In this document: piece after piece, positions 1 through 9,225 of the stretch
Layout: each line of letters starts with the position of its first letter
Position numbering within the stretch: position 1 is the first letter of the stretch
Assembly (NCBI GenBank): GCA_965221775.1
Contig: CBDCSU010000005.1
Location: 512,001-576,000, forward strand
Source: Candidatus Latescibacterota bacterium
Lineage (GTDB): Bacteria > Latescibacterota > UBA2968 > UBA8231
Length of the DNA stretch: 64,000 nt
Direction: 5' to 3'
Position numbers and translations under genes: made by a program
The notes under the pieces: generated by a model
Told to the model about the DNA's origin: nothing
Databases searched by the model: none
Seen by the model: only the letters and a program-made list of their open reading frames with translations

Positions 1-456
1 ATGGCCGGGCAGTTCGAGTCCCTCGTGCACCCCTTCGTCATCCTCTTCACCGTGCCCCTGGCGGCGACCGGCGCCGTCGTCGCCCTCTACCTCATGGAGA
101 CGCCGCTGAGCGTCGTCGTCTTCATCGGCTTCATCATGCTCGCCGGCATCGTCGTCAACAACGCCATCGTCCTGGTCGACTACATCAACCGCCTGCGGCG
201 CTCCGGGGTGGCCGCCGGCGAGGCGATCGTGCAGGCCGGGTCCGTGCGCCTGCGGCCGATCCTGATGACCACGTCGACCACCGTCCTCGGCCTGCTGCCC
301 ATGGCCCTCGGCCTCGGGGACGGCGCCGAGATCCGCTCGCCCATGGCGGTCACCGTCATCGCCGGGCTCATCAGCTCCACCTTCCTCACCCTCGTGGTGA
401 TCCCCGCCGTCTATTCACTCACCGCCGGCCGCGGCGGGCCGGGAGGGTCCGCGTGA
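1..456 (+). CDS. RND efflux transporter permease (AcrB/MdtB-like), C-terminal part (5' truncated by window)
   Basis: QFESLVHPFVILFTVPLA, GIVVNNAIVLVD, RLRPILMT and PMAVTVIAGL are RND TM8-12 motifs. Confidence 0.93.
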   Translation: MAGQFESLVHPFVILFTVPLAATGAVVALYLMETPLSVVVFIGFIMLAGIVVNNAIVLVDYINRLRRSGVAAGEAIVQAGSVRLRPILMTTSTTVLGLLPMALGLGDGAEIRSPMAVTVIAGLISSTFLTLVVIPAVYSLTAGRGGPGGSA

Positions 457-3400
457 GCGAGCCCCGGGGGTACCTGCTCCCCCGCCTCAGCCTCGACCGG
501 CCGGTGAGCGTCATCATGGCCGTCGCCGCCCTCCTCGTGGTTGGCGTCGTGGCCTACACCCGCATCCCCCTCGACCTGGTGCCGGGCGGCCTGGAGGGCG
601 ACCGGCTCTACGTGCGCGCCGGGTACGCCGACGCCAGCCCCGCCGAGGTGGAGCGCGAGGTGACCCGCCCCCTGGAGGAGGCGATCGCCACCGTGCCCCG
701 CGTCGGCCGCGTGATCAGCGGCGCCGACCGCGGCGGCGCCTGGGCCAACGTGCAGTTCCTGCCGGGCACGGACATGCACGAGGCCTACGCCGACCTGCGC
801 GACCGCATCGACCGGGCCATGGCGGAGCTGCCCGAGGAGATCGAGCGCGTGCAGGTGCTGCGCTGGAACCAGGACGACTGGCCGGTCATGTGGATCGGCG
901 CCTCCCTGGAGGGGGAGTTCGCCGACGCCTTCCAGCTCCTCGACGTGCACGTGCGCCCCGCCCTGCAGCGCATCGAGGGCGTGGGCACCGTCGAGGTCCG
1001 GGGCGAGGCGGCGCGTCAGGTGCGCATCGAGCTGGACCAGGGGCGGCTGCGCGGCCACGGCGTGTCGCCGTACGAGGTCGGGCGGCGGCTGGCGAGCCTC
1101 AACTTCGCGCTGCCCGGGGGCCGCGTGATGGAGGGGGGGCGGCGGATCCACGTGCGCTCCCTGGGACGCTTCGAGTCCCTCGACGAGGTCCGGCAGCTCA
1201 TCGTCGACGACGAGCACGGGCTGCGCCTCGGGGACGTGGCCGAGGTCGCCCTCAAGCCGCCGAAGCAGGAGTGGTTCACCCGCATCGACGGGCGCCCCGC
1301 CCTCGGCATCGAGGTGATGAAGGCGTCGGGCGGCAACCTCGTGGAGATCTCCCGGGGCGTGCGCGCCAAGTTGGCGGAACTGCAGCGGCGGCCCCATCTG
1401 GAGGGCGTCGACTTCGAGATCTTCTGGGACCAGGGCGAGCACATCGTCGAGTCGGTGGACAACCTCAAGTCCACCGGTCTGTGGGGCGGCCTCTTCGCCG
1501 GCCTGGTGCTGCTGTTCTTCCTGCGCGCCGTGCGCATGACCCTGATCATCACCCTCGCCATCCCCCTCTCGGTGACGGCCACGGTGGCCACCATCTACTT
1601 CCTGGGCTGGAGCCTCAACCTGATCACCATGATGGGGCTCATGCTCAGCCTCGGCCTGGTGGTGGACAACGCCATCGTCATCGTCGAGAACATCCACCGG
1701 CGGCGGCAGGAGGGCGCCGGGCCCCGGGAGGCGTCGATCCGCGGCGCCGGCGAGGTCGGGCTGGCGGTGACCATGGCCACCCTGACCACGGTGGTCGTCT
1801 TCCTGCCGCTGATCCTGATGAGCGGCGACGAGGAGTTCGCCTTCATCATGCTGCGCCTCGGCGGTCCCGTCGTCGTCGGGCTGCTGGCGTCGCTGGTCAT
1901 CGCCCTGCTCATCGTCCCCCTGGCGGCGCAGCGCATCGGCACCTCGGGAGGCGGCGATCCGCGCATCATCGCCCGGGGCCGCGCCGCCTACGAGCGCGTC
2001 CTCGCCTGGGTCCTCACCCACCGCCTCGACACAACCCTCATCGTCCTCGCCGCCATGGCGAGCATGCAGATCCCCATGCAGGGGCTGGAGCGCACCGACG
2101 GCGGCAGCCGCAGCCGGAAGGACATCTGGCTAGCCCTCCGCATGCCCGAGGGCCAGACCATCGAGGCGGCGGACCGCTTCATCGCCGGCGTCGAGGACAC
2201 CCTGCTGAGCCACCGCGAGAGCTACGGCATCCGCCTCGTCGAGACCTGGTCGAGCAACAGCTTCGGCCGCATCCACCTGATCCTGGAGGAGGACGAGTCC
2301 AACGACTGGTACGCCGTGGCCTGGAACGACCTGCTGGAGTCGGCGGGCCTGCGGCATTCGCCGCACATGGACTACGTCGAGGTCCTGGAGGACATCGAGG
2401 AGCGGCTCCCGATGCCTCCCGGCTTCGAGATGCGCATCAACTGGCGCGACGGCGGCGGCAGCGACAACGCGGTCTCCGTCAACCTCCACGGCCCCGACAC
2501 CGACCGCCTCGTGGAGCTGTCCCGGGAGGTGGAGCGCCGGCTGGAGCGGATCCCCGGCCTGCTCTCGGTGCAGACCGACGTCGACCGCGGCGCCACCGAG
2601 CTGCGGGTGCGCCTCGACCGCGCCCAGGTGCGCCGCTACGGCCTCGATCCGCGGGTGATCTCGGGCAACATCTCCTACGCCCTGCGCGGCCGGGAGCTGA
2701 CCCGGATGCACACCGACGACGGCCGCGAGGTGAGCGTGTTCTTCCAGCTCCGCGAGGCCGACCGCCGCAGCCTCCACCAGCTCCGCAACCTGAGCTTCCG
2801 CGCCCCCGGGGGCAACGAGATCCCCCTGGAGACCCTGGCCCGGCTGGAGGTGGCGCAGGGCCTGGGCGGGATCCGGCGCGAGGACCGGCAGACGGTGCTC
2901 GCCGTGACCGCCACGACGACCGAGGCCGGAGCCGAAAGCCTCTTCGAGCGGGTGGACGAGGCCATGGCCGGCTTCGAGACGCCCCGCGGCTACCGCTGGG
3001 ACAAGGGCGAGCGCTTCCAGCGCCTGCAGCAGCAGGAGGACAGCCGCCTCTTCGCGCTGATCCTGTCCGTGACTTTCGTCTTCCTTCTCATGGGCGTCCT
3101 CTTCGAGTCCTTCGTGCTGCCCCTCTCGGTGATCGTCGCCATCCCCTTCTCCTTCCTCGGCGTGTTCTGGACCCTGTATCTCACCAAGACCCCCTTCGAC
3201 CTGCTCAGCGGCATCGGCACCGTCATCCTCGTGGGCGTGGTCGTCAACAACGCCATCGTCCTCATCGACCTGGCCAACCGCCTGCGCGCCGAGGGCCACG
3301 ATCGCTTCGAGGCCTTGATGGCGGCCGGCCGCCTCCGCTTCCGCCCGATCCTGATGACCACCTTCACCACCATCTGCGGCCTCCTGCCCATGGCCGTGGG

Positions 3401-3581
3401 CAACGCCCGCATGATCGGCATGCCCTACGCGCCCCTGGGGCGCACCATGATGGGCGGCCTGCTGGCGTCGATGGTGCTCACCCTCGTCATCGTGCCCCTG
3501 TGCTACACGTTCTTCGACGACCTGCGGGAACTGCTGCGGAGGGTGGGACGGTCCGCGGTGGCGGCGGCGCGGGAGAGGTGA
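453..3581 (+). CDS. RND efflux transporter permease, second subunit (MdtB/C-like heteromer)
   Basis: 1042 aa; GLVVDNAIVIVENI, GVVVNNAIVLID, RFRPILMTT; GTGA overlap with upstream gene. Confidence 0.93.
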   Translation: MSEPRGYLLPRLSLDRPVSVIMAVAALLVVGVVAYTRIPLDLVPGGLEGDRLYVRAGYADASPAEVEREVTRPLEEAIATVPRVGRVISGADRGGAWANVQFLPGTDMHEAYADLRDRIDRAMAELPEEIERVQVLRWNQDDWPVMWIGASLEGEFADAFQLLDVHVRPALQRIEGVGTVEVRGEAARQVRIELDQGRLRGHGVSPYEVGRRLASLNFALPGGRVMEGGRRIHVRSLGRFESLDEVRQLIVDDEHGLRLGDVAEVALKPPKQEWFTRIDGRPALGIEVMKASGGNLVEISRGVRAKLAELQRRPHLEGVDFEIFWDQGEHIVESVDNLKSTGLWGGLFAGLVLLFFLRAVRMTLIITLAIPLSVTATVATIYFLGWSLNLITMMGLMLSLGLVVDNAIVIVENIHRRRQEGAGPREASIRGAGEVGLAVTMATLTTVVVFLPLILMSGDEEFAFIMLRLGGPVVVGLLASLVIALLIVPLAAQRIGTSGGGDPRIIARGRAAYERVLAWVLTHRLDTTLIVLAAMASMQIPMQGLERTDGGSRSRKDIWLALRMPEGQTIEAADRFIAGVEDTLLSHRESYGIRLVETWSSNSFGRIHLILEEDESNDWYAVAWNDLLESAGLRHSPHMDYVEVLEDIEERLPMPPGFEMRINWRDGGGSDNAVSVNLHGPDTDRLVELSREVERRLERIPGLLSVQTDVDRGATELRVRLDRAQVRRYGLDPRVISGNISYALRGRELTRMHTDDGREVSVFFQLREADRRSLHQLRNLSFRAPGGNEIPLETLARLEVAQGLGGIRREDRQTVLAVTATTTEAGAESLFERVDEAMAGFETPRGYRWDKGERFQRLQQQEDSRLFALILSVTFVFLLMGVLFESFVLPLSVIVAIPFSFLGVFWTLYLTKTPFDLLSGIGTVILVGVVVNNAIVLIDLANRLRAEGHDRFEALMAAGRLRFRPILMTTFTTICGLLPMAVGNARMIGMPYAPLGRTMMGGLLASMVLTLVIVPLCYTFFDDLRELLRRVGRSAVAAARER

Positions 3582-3814
3582 TGCGGGGCAACGGTGTCGA
3601 GCTGACGACGCGGCAGGCGGCGGACCTGTTGCAGGTCTCGCGGACCCACCTGGTGCAGTTGCTCGACGACGGACGCATACCCTGCCGGAAGGTGGGCGCC
3701 CACCGCCGCGTCCGGGCCGAGGATGTACTCACCTACAGGCACGAAACGGAGTCCCGCCGCCGCAAGGCGCTGGACGAGCTCACCGCCCGCGACCAGGAAC
3801 TCGGCCTGCAGTAG
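3581..3814 (+). CDS. Excisionase-family (HTH_17/MerR-like) DNA-binding protein, antitoxin-type partner of PIN toxins
   Basis: ELTTRQAADLLQVSRTHLVQLLDDGRIPCRKVGAHRRVRAEDVL...RRKALDELTARDQELGL; ATG overlaps RND stop. Confidence 0.85.
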   Translation: MRGNGVELTTRQAADLLQVSRTHLVQLLDDGRIPCRKVGAHRRVRAEDVLTYRHETESRRRKALDELTARDQELGLQ

Positions 3815-3834
3815 TCGATGGTCCGGCTGAGGGG

Positions 3835-3975
3835 CTGGCACCTCACGGCCTGGCTGTGCAGCACCCCGACGCCTTCGTCGCCGGCCTGTTCGAGGCGACT
3901 CCGCCGCCGTGCTCGCCGCCGTCCGCGGACACCGGGCGGTGCTCCGCAATCCGCCGCGCCCGGCGACCGATCATA
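3835..3975 (+). pseudogene. Remnant of PIN-domain (VapC50-like) toxin C-terminus, frameshifted
   Basis: LAPHGLAVQHPDAFVAGLFEA, then after a 1-nt shift DSAAVLAAVRGHRAVLRNPPRP; matches the typical C-terminus of excisionase-paired PIN proteins; PIN core absent. Confidence 0.65.
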
Positions 3976-4011
3976 GGGTTCCAGATGCAGAGGGACCCTC
4001 GATCATCGGCT

Positions 4012-4040
4012 TTGACGCTACCAGACCTCCTCGGTATACT
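4012..4040 (+). promoter_or_regulatory. Sigma-70 promoter of clpP
   Basis: TTGACG-N17-TATACT about 40 nt upstream of clpP ATG. Confidence 0.65.
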
Positions 4041-4082
4041 CGCAGGCCCATCGAGCGAATGAGAACCCGGAGAGAGGCAAGA

Positions 4083-4694
4083 ATGGCAGAGACGGAGAAG
4101 GACGAGGGACTGCTGAAGGAGTTCAGCGAGCGCAACATCGAGCACTCGCTGCTAAGAGCCCGCAAGATCTTCCTGTGGTCGCCCGTGGACGACGACTCGG
4201 CCAAGGCGGTGGTGACGAGGCTGCTGTCCCTCGACGCCGAGGACGGCGAGACCGAGATCGTCCTCTACATCAACAGCCCCGGCGGATCGGTCCACGACGG
4301 CCTGGCGATCTACGACGCCATGCAGGCGGTGCGCGCCCCGGTGTCGACGGTCTGCACGGGCCTGGCGGCGAGCATGGGGGCGGTGCTGCTGGCCGGCGGC
4401 GAGAAGGGCCGGCGCTTCACCTGGCCCCACGCGCGTATCATGATCCACCAGCCCCTGCTCCTGGGGACGATCACCGGGCGGGCCACCGACCTGGACATCC
4501 AGGCCCGCGAGATGATCCGCACCCGGGAGGAGATCCACCGCCTCCTCGCCCTGCACACGGGCCAGGAGGAGGAGAAGATCGCCCAGGACACGGACCGCGA
4601 CTTCTACATGTCCCCCCAGGAGGCCCGGGAGTACGGCCTCATCGACGACGTCGTCTCCAGCAGTTCCCTGCCGTCGCCCAACGGAAAGAGCTGA
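4083..4694 (+). CDS. clpP: ATP-dependent Clp protease proteolytic subunit
   Basis: YINSPGGSV, GLAASMGAVLL (catalytic Ser), RIMIHQP (His), DRDFYMSPQEAREYGLID. Confidence 0.95.
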   Translation: MAETEKDEGLLKEFSERNIEHSLLRARKIFLWSPVDDDSAKAVVTRLLSLDAEDGETEIVLYINSPGGSVHDGLAIYDAMQAVRAPVSTVCTGLAASMGAVLLAGGEKGRRFTWPHARIMIHQPLLLGTITGRATDLDIQAREMIRTREEIHRLLALHTGQEEEKIAQDTDRDFYMSPQEAREYGLIDDVVSSSSLPSPNGKS

Positions 4695-4772
4695 CGGGGC
4701 CAACTCCCATGCACAGGGGGAACTGAGGCACCTACTGGGAGCTCATGAACTCCAGAAAACGCGAGCCCCACC

Positions 4773-5720
4773 ATGAAGACACAACGCTATCGGCTCCGCA
4801 TTAGCGGCTTGGGAGATGAAGGTCTGATCAAAGCAGGCACTCTCCGGCTTGTTCTCGACGCCCTCCTCACCACGGCTGAGCGAACCACCCGCCTGCTGGC
4901 CACTGGGACGGGTGGTGGCAGGGGGCCGAGGCCTCAGTGGCTGGACTCCACCATGGATTTCACGGTGACTGGGGTAACTGGATTGAAATCCGGATCCACC
5001 ATTCTGGGCGTGGAAGCGCCCCTGCTTGGTGAGACTGCTTACGAGCAATTTTCCCAGGAGGCTTCTTGGACCAAGCAGCCCAGCCTTGAGGAAACAGCGG
5101 TCGATCTGGCCGCTCAATCCATCAACGAGACCCAGGACGACGATCCAGTTGGAGACTACTTCGACAGTTCGGTTCTCGAGGCGATTCTGAAGTTCAGGAA
5201 AGCGGCGAGAGTTGCCGGTGTGTGCTACGAAATGGTCCCTCAGGATACGGCCCATGGACGATTCGTGCTGGAGGACAGTACCTGCGAAGCCATCAAGGAG
5301 CGGTTGAAGGACATGCCGGCTCCAAGATCCTTCATCGTGAGTGGCAGGCTCGAGAAGATCAAACACCGAAATGGCTGCTTCCGCCTTCTGTTAAGCTCGA
5401 AGGCACGGCTCTTTGGCCGCTTGGACACGGCATCATTGGACCTGGATGCCTTGAGTCCTCTATGGGGCAAGCAGGCCACCGTCGAGGGGATGGTGCATTT
5501 CAAGGCCAATGGGGAGCCGCGATTGATCGAGGCTCGCCGGATCAGCTATGGGCTTGAAGGAGATAGCGTGTTCGAGAAGATGCCATCGGGGGAGATCGAG
5601 AAGTCGCAAAATCCGTTTCGGGTCCAACCCAAGCAGTTCGGGGCCTTCGACCCTATTGAGCTTGCGGGCACATGGCCTGGCGATGAACCGGTCGAGGATC
5701 TCCTGGCCCAGCTCGACTGA
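4773..5720 (+). CDS. Hypothetical protein, putative antitoxin or partner of downstream PIN toxin
   Basis: 315-aa ORF in a lower-GC stretch, 5 nt upstream of PIN gene; C-terminal GTWPGDEPVEDLLAQLD. Confidence 0.65.
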   Translation: MKTQRYRLRISGLGDEGLIKAGTLRLVLDALLTTAERTTRLLATGTGGGRGPRPQWLDSTMDFTVTGVTGLKSGSTILGVEAPLLGETAYEQFSQEASWTKQPSLEETAVDLAAQSINETQDDDPVGDYFDSSVLEAILKFRKAARVAGVCYEMVPQDTAHGRFVLEDSTCEAIKERLKDMPAPRSFIVSGRLEKIKHRNGCFRLLLSSKARLFGRLDTASLDLDALSPLWGKQATVEGMVHFKANGEPRLIEARRISYGLEGDSVFEKMPSGEIEKSQNPFRVQPKQFGAFDPIELAGTWPGDEPVEDLLAQLD

Positions 5721-5725
5721 AGGAC

Positions 5726-6193
5726 ATGGTCGTGACACGTTTCCTCTTGGACACGAACCTGTTGCTTGGGTTCACCCGGAAAGCGCCGTGGGCAGTCCAG
5801 GCTCGGGCGGAGTTCAATCTCGGGAACCCGGAGACAATGGTCTTTACCTCCGTTGTCTGCCAAGGTGAGATTCTCGCGCTTGCGGAGAAGAACGGTTGGG
5901 GCAGCAACAGAAGAACCCACCTTGAGCGAATTCTTGCCGAAGTCCCGGCGCTTGACATTGGCGAGCGGACGATGTTGGACGCATATGCCCGGATCGACGC
6001 CTGGACCCACGGCAAGCCCGTGGCTTCTCCACAGAGTGCGCCACCGCCAAAGCCAGCTGTGTCGATGAAACAGAATGATCTGTGGATTGCCGCGGCGGCT
6101 CACGTAAGCCGGGCTGCACTCCTGTCAACAGATACAGACTTCAGGCACTTGGACAGCACGTGGTTCAGATTCATCCATGTAAGCCCTCGCTAG
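5726..6193 (+). CDS. PIN-domain (VapC-like) ribonuclease toxin
   Basis: FLLDTN, SVVCQGEI, QNDLWIAA, LSTDTDFRHL acidic PIN motifs. Confidence 0.9.
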   Translation: MVVTRFLLDTNLLLGFTRKAPWAVQARAEFNLGNPETMVFTSVVCQGEILALAEKNGWGSNRRTHLERILAEVPALDIGERTMLDAYARIDAWTHGKPVASPQSAPPPKPAVSMKQNDLWIAAAAHVSRAALLSTDTDFRHLDSTWFRFIHVSPR

Positions 6194-6277
6194 CCCACAT
6201 CGCCGTCCAAAGCTCTACATCTCGCACCGACCGACCATCCGGGCAATCACTCAGCGCAACGCAGGACGCGAACAACT

Positions 6278-7090
6278 CTACGTCTGGCAGCGGGTGCAGT
6301 AGAAGGTGGAGCGGCCGGCGATCGTCCGGTTTCGCAGGGGCCGGTCGCAGACCACGCAACCCTCGCCGGCGCGCCCGTACACGGCCAGCTCCTGCTGGAA
6401 CCGCCCCCCGGCCCCCGAGCCCAGGTAGTCGCTGATCGTCGTGCCGCCCCGCGCCACGGCCCTCTGAAGGACCGTCCGGATCTCCTCCACCAGGCGTTCG
6501 GCGCGCCGGGGGCCGATGCGGCCGGCCGGCGTGGTGGGGCGGATGCGCGCCCCGAAGAGGGCCTCGCAGGCGTAGATGTTGCCGAGGCCGGCCACGACCC
6601 GGCCGTCGAGGAGCAGGCTCTTGATCGGCCGGCTGCGGCCCCTGGCGGCGCGGCGCAGGTAGCCGGCGTCGAAGTCGTCGGAGAGGGGCTCCACGCCGAG
6701 GTGGCGGAGCCAGCGGCTGCGTTCCAGCTGCCGGGGGGTGAGGACCTGGAAGAGGCCGAAGCGCCGAGGATCGGCGAAGACCAGGGGCGGGCCCTCGTCG
6801 AGGTCGAGGACGACATGGTCGTGCAGGCGCCTCCCGCCGCCGCGGAAGACGAGGTTCCCCGACATGCCGAGATGGACGAGGAGCGTGCGCCCGGAGGAGA
6901 GCTCCAGCAACAGGAACTTGGCCCGCCGCCGGGCGCCGGTGAAGCGCTCTCCCGCCAGGGAACGCACCCGCGCCCGGGACAGGGGCTCGCGCAGTGGCAG
7001 GCCGCTGGTCCAGACGCCGGTCACGGTGCGGCCCACGAGGTGGGCGGCCATGGCGCCGCGGACGGTCTCGACTTCGGGCAGCTCGGGCAT
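6278..7090 (-). CDS. mutM: Formamidopyrimidine-DNA glycosylase / AP lyase
   Basis: N-terminal PELPEVET, HLGMSG, GLGNIYACE, C-terminal CxxC...CxxC zinc finger. Confidence 0.97.
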   Translation of the reverse strand: MPELPEVETVRGAMAAHLVGRTVTGVWTSGLPLREPLSRARVRSLAGERFTGARRRAKFLLLELSSGRTLLVHLGMSGNLVFRGGGRRLHDHVVLDLDEGPPLVFADPRRFGLFQVLTPRQLERSRWLRHLGVEPLSDDFDAGYLRRAARGRSRPIKSLLLDGRVVAGLGNIYACEALFGARIRPTTPAGRIGPRRAERLVEEIRTVLQRAVARGGTTISDYLGSGAGGRFQQELAVYGRAGEGCVVCDRPLRNRTIAGRSTFYCTRCQT

Positions 7091-7108
7091 GGAGGGCTCT
7101 CGGGGGGC

Positions 7109-7137
7109 ATGGTACCCGGCCCCCGGGTGGCGGGCAA
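7109..7137 (-). promoter_or_regulatory. Sigma-70-type promoter of mutM
   Basis: Minus strand TTGCCC-N17-TACCAT just upstream of start. Confidence 0.45.
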
Positions 7138-7195
7138 GGCGGGGATTCATAGATTCGCCGGCCCCTCACCAGACACCCACGGAGACCAAGCCCAG

Positions 7196-8497
7196 ATGGA
7201 CCTGACACGCCAACCCCCCCGACGCCCCTCCAACACCGGCCTGGCCGGGATCGCCGGCCTGGCGCGCATGGCCGACAAGGCCCGCGGCCACAAGGCCGAG
7301 ACGATCGGCGAGTTCAAGTACGGCGAGGACTCCGGCCTCGACCGCGAGGTCCTCGCCCTCATCGGCGTGAGCGCCGGCGACTTCGCCGAGGCCGCCGATA
7401 GCATGTGGGACCGGGAGCTGGACGACTGGGTGCGCGGCCGCATGACCTGCTCGCAGGAGGAGATCGAGAGCTTCAACCAGGAGCAGACGACGAAGGTGCC
7501 CCAGGACGACCTGCACCGCCGGCTGCTCAAGGAGCGGCTGGCGTTGTACGCCCCCGGAAACACGGACATCACCACCGTCTTCGCCTCCATCGAGCTGGAC
7601 GACTGGGGCGCCTTCCGCGACGAGGACCTGACGGCGCGCCCACCGCGCTCGGGGTACGTGCGTAGCGTCCTGGGCCTGGTGGCCGCGGCGCGCATGGCCG
7701 ACAAGGCGCGGGCCCACCGCGCCGGCCGCATGGGCGACTACCGGTACGGCGACGACTCCTTCTTCGACCGCACCCTCCTGGAGTTCCTCGGCCTCACGGC
7801 GGCCGACTTCGAGGAGGGGGCCTGGCGCAACCCCAACGACACCGAGCTGGGCGAGTGGATCCTGGAGCGCGTCGAGGCGCCCGAGCCGGGGGAGGTCTCG
7901 GCCCTCAACGCCCGCCTCACCCGCCACGGCGAGGCCCACCCGGAGTGGGCGGAGCGCTTCCGCCAGCGCCGCGACGAGATCTGCCCCGAGCGCAAGGAGG
8001 TAACCACCTACTTCGAGCTGCAGGACATCGACGACCAGGCCTGCTTCGGCCTCGTCGACCTGAACCTGCGGCCCCCCCGCAGCCCCTACGACGCGAGCCT
8101 GGGTGGCCTCCTCTGCCTAGCGCGCATGGTCGACAAGGGCCGGGCTTACAACGACGGCCTCCTGGGCGACTACTGGTTCGGCGAGGATTCCGGCCTGGAC
8201 CGCCGGCTGCTGGAGCACCTCGGTCTGTCCCACGAGGAGTTCGCCGCCGGCCTGAAGGAGCACGCCGACGACGAGGCGGTCCTGGCCTGGCTGGGGGACC
8301 GGGTGGGCGGCGAGGAGGAGGTGGCGGGGCTCAACGCGACCCTGCAGGGACTGGCACCCTCATCGGACCGCATGAAGAGCTATCTCACCCGCGCCGTCCG
8401 CGGCCTCGACCCCGGCCGCTGGGACGTGAACAGCTTCCTGGCCCTCACCGAGCTGGACGACGAGATCACCTTCGCCCGCCTGCGCGCCCGGGTCTGA
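7196..8497 (+). CDS. Protein with three tandem DUF5069-like domains
   Basis: Three copies of DL(T/N)xxPPR...ARM(A/V)DK(A/G)R...G(E/D)(F/Y)x(Y/F)GxDSxxDRxxL. Confidence 0.75.
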   Translation: MDLTRQPPRRPSNTGLAGIAGLARMADKARGHKAETIGEFKYGEDSGLDREVLALIGVSAGDFAEAADSMWDRELDDWVRGRMTCSQEEIESFNQEQTTKVPQDDLHRRLLKERLALYAPGNTDITTVFASIELDDWGAFRDEDLTARPPRSGYVRSVLGLVAAARMADKARAHRAGRMGDYRYGDDSFFDRTLLEFLGLTAADFEEGAWRNPNDTELGEWILERVEAPEPGEVSALNARLTRHGEAHPEWAERFRQRRDEICPERKEVTTYFELQDIDDQACFGLVDLNLRPPRSPYDASLGGLLCLARMVDKGRAYNDGLLGDYWFGEDSGLDRRLLEHLGLSHEEFAAGLKEHADDEAVLAWLGDRVGGEEEVAGLNATLQGLAPSSDRMKSYLTRAVRGLDPGRWDVNSFLALTELDDEITFARLRARV

Positions 8498-8502
8498 ATC
8501 AG

Positions 8503-9225
8503 ATGGCGGAGCGGCCTTTCATCGGCATCACCACCTCGCTCTCGGGCCAGGAGGGGGCCAGCCGCCAGGTGCTCGACAGGGCCTACGTGGAGGCCGTGGA
8601 GCGGGCCGGCGGCTGCCCCGTGGTCGTGCCCGTCACAGACTCGCCCGAGAGCCTGCGGCCCCTGGGCCGCATCCTGGACGGTCTGGTGATCACCGGCGGC
8701 CCCGGCATCACCGACGGGCTTGTGGGGAGCCTGCCCGAGGACCTGCCTCCGACGCCACAGCTGCGCACCCTGGCAGATACCCGGGCCTTCGAGGACGTCC
8801 GCGGCCGAGGCCGCCCCGTCCTCGGCGTCTGCTACGGCATGCAGTTCATCAACGCCCGCCTCGGCGGCACGATCTATGCCGACGCCCAGGCCCAGCTCGG
8901 GGCCGGACCCCACTCGACCGGGCGCAACGGCGGCGAGCCCGTGTTCCACGACGTGGAGGTGACGGCCGGCTCCCGCCTGGCGGAGCTCGCGGGCGGCGAG
9001 CGGCGCGTCAACAGCCACCACGTGCAGGCCGTGGAGCAGGTGGGCCGCGGCCTGCGGGTCAACGCCCGCAGCCCCGACGGCCTGATCGAAGGCTTCGAGA
9101 GCGACGACGGCCTCATGGGGGTGCAGTTCCACCCCGAGCAGATGGCGGGCACGGCCTGGGAGAGGCTCTTCGAGGACTTGGTGCGCCGAGCCCGTCAGCC
9201 CGACCGCCAACTCTCGCCGTCCTGA
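8503..9225 (+). CDS. Gamma-glutamyl-gamma-aminobutyrate hydrolase family (peptidase C26, class I glutamine amidotransferase)
   Basis: RPFIGIT, GLVITGG, LGVCYGMQ (Cys), VNSHHVQAV, GVQFHPE (His-Glu). Confidence 0.9.
   Translation: MAERPFIGITTSLSGQEGASRQVLDRAYVEAVERAGGCPVVVPVTDSPESLRPLGRILDGLVITGGPGITDGLVGSLPEDLPPTPQLRTLADTRAFEDVRGRGRPVLGVCYGMQFINARLGGTIYADAQAQLGAGPHSTGRNGGEPVFHDVEVTAGSRLAELAGGERRVNSHHVQAVEQVGRGLRVNARSPDGLIEGFESDDGLMGVQFHPEQMAGTAWERLFEDLVRRARQPDRQLSPS

Noticed and set aside
3581-3814. Prophage or integrative element suggested by the excisionase
   Set aside because: No integrase, att-like tRNA or phage genes; context fits a PIN-associated HTH.
3909-4082. N-terminal extension of ClpP given by the ORF track
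   Set aside because: Region holds the PIN remnant and a canonical promoter; the true start is more likely ATG 4083.
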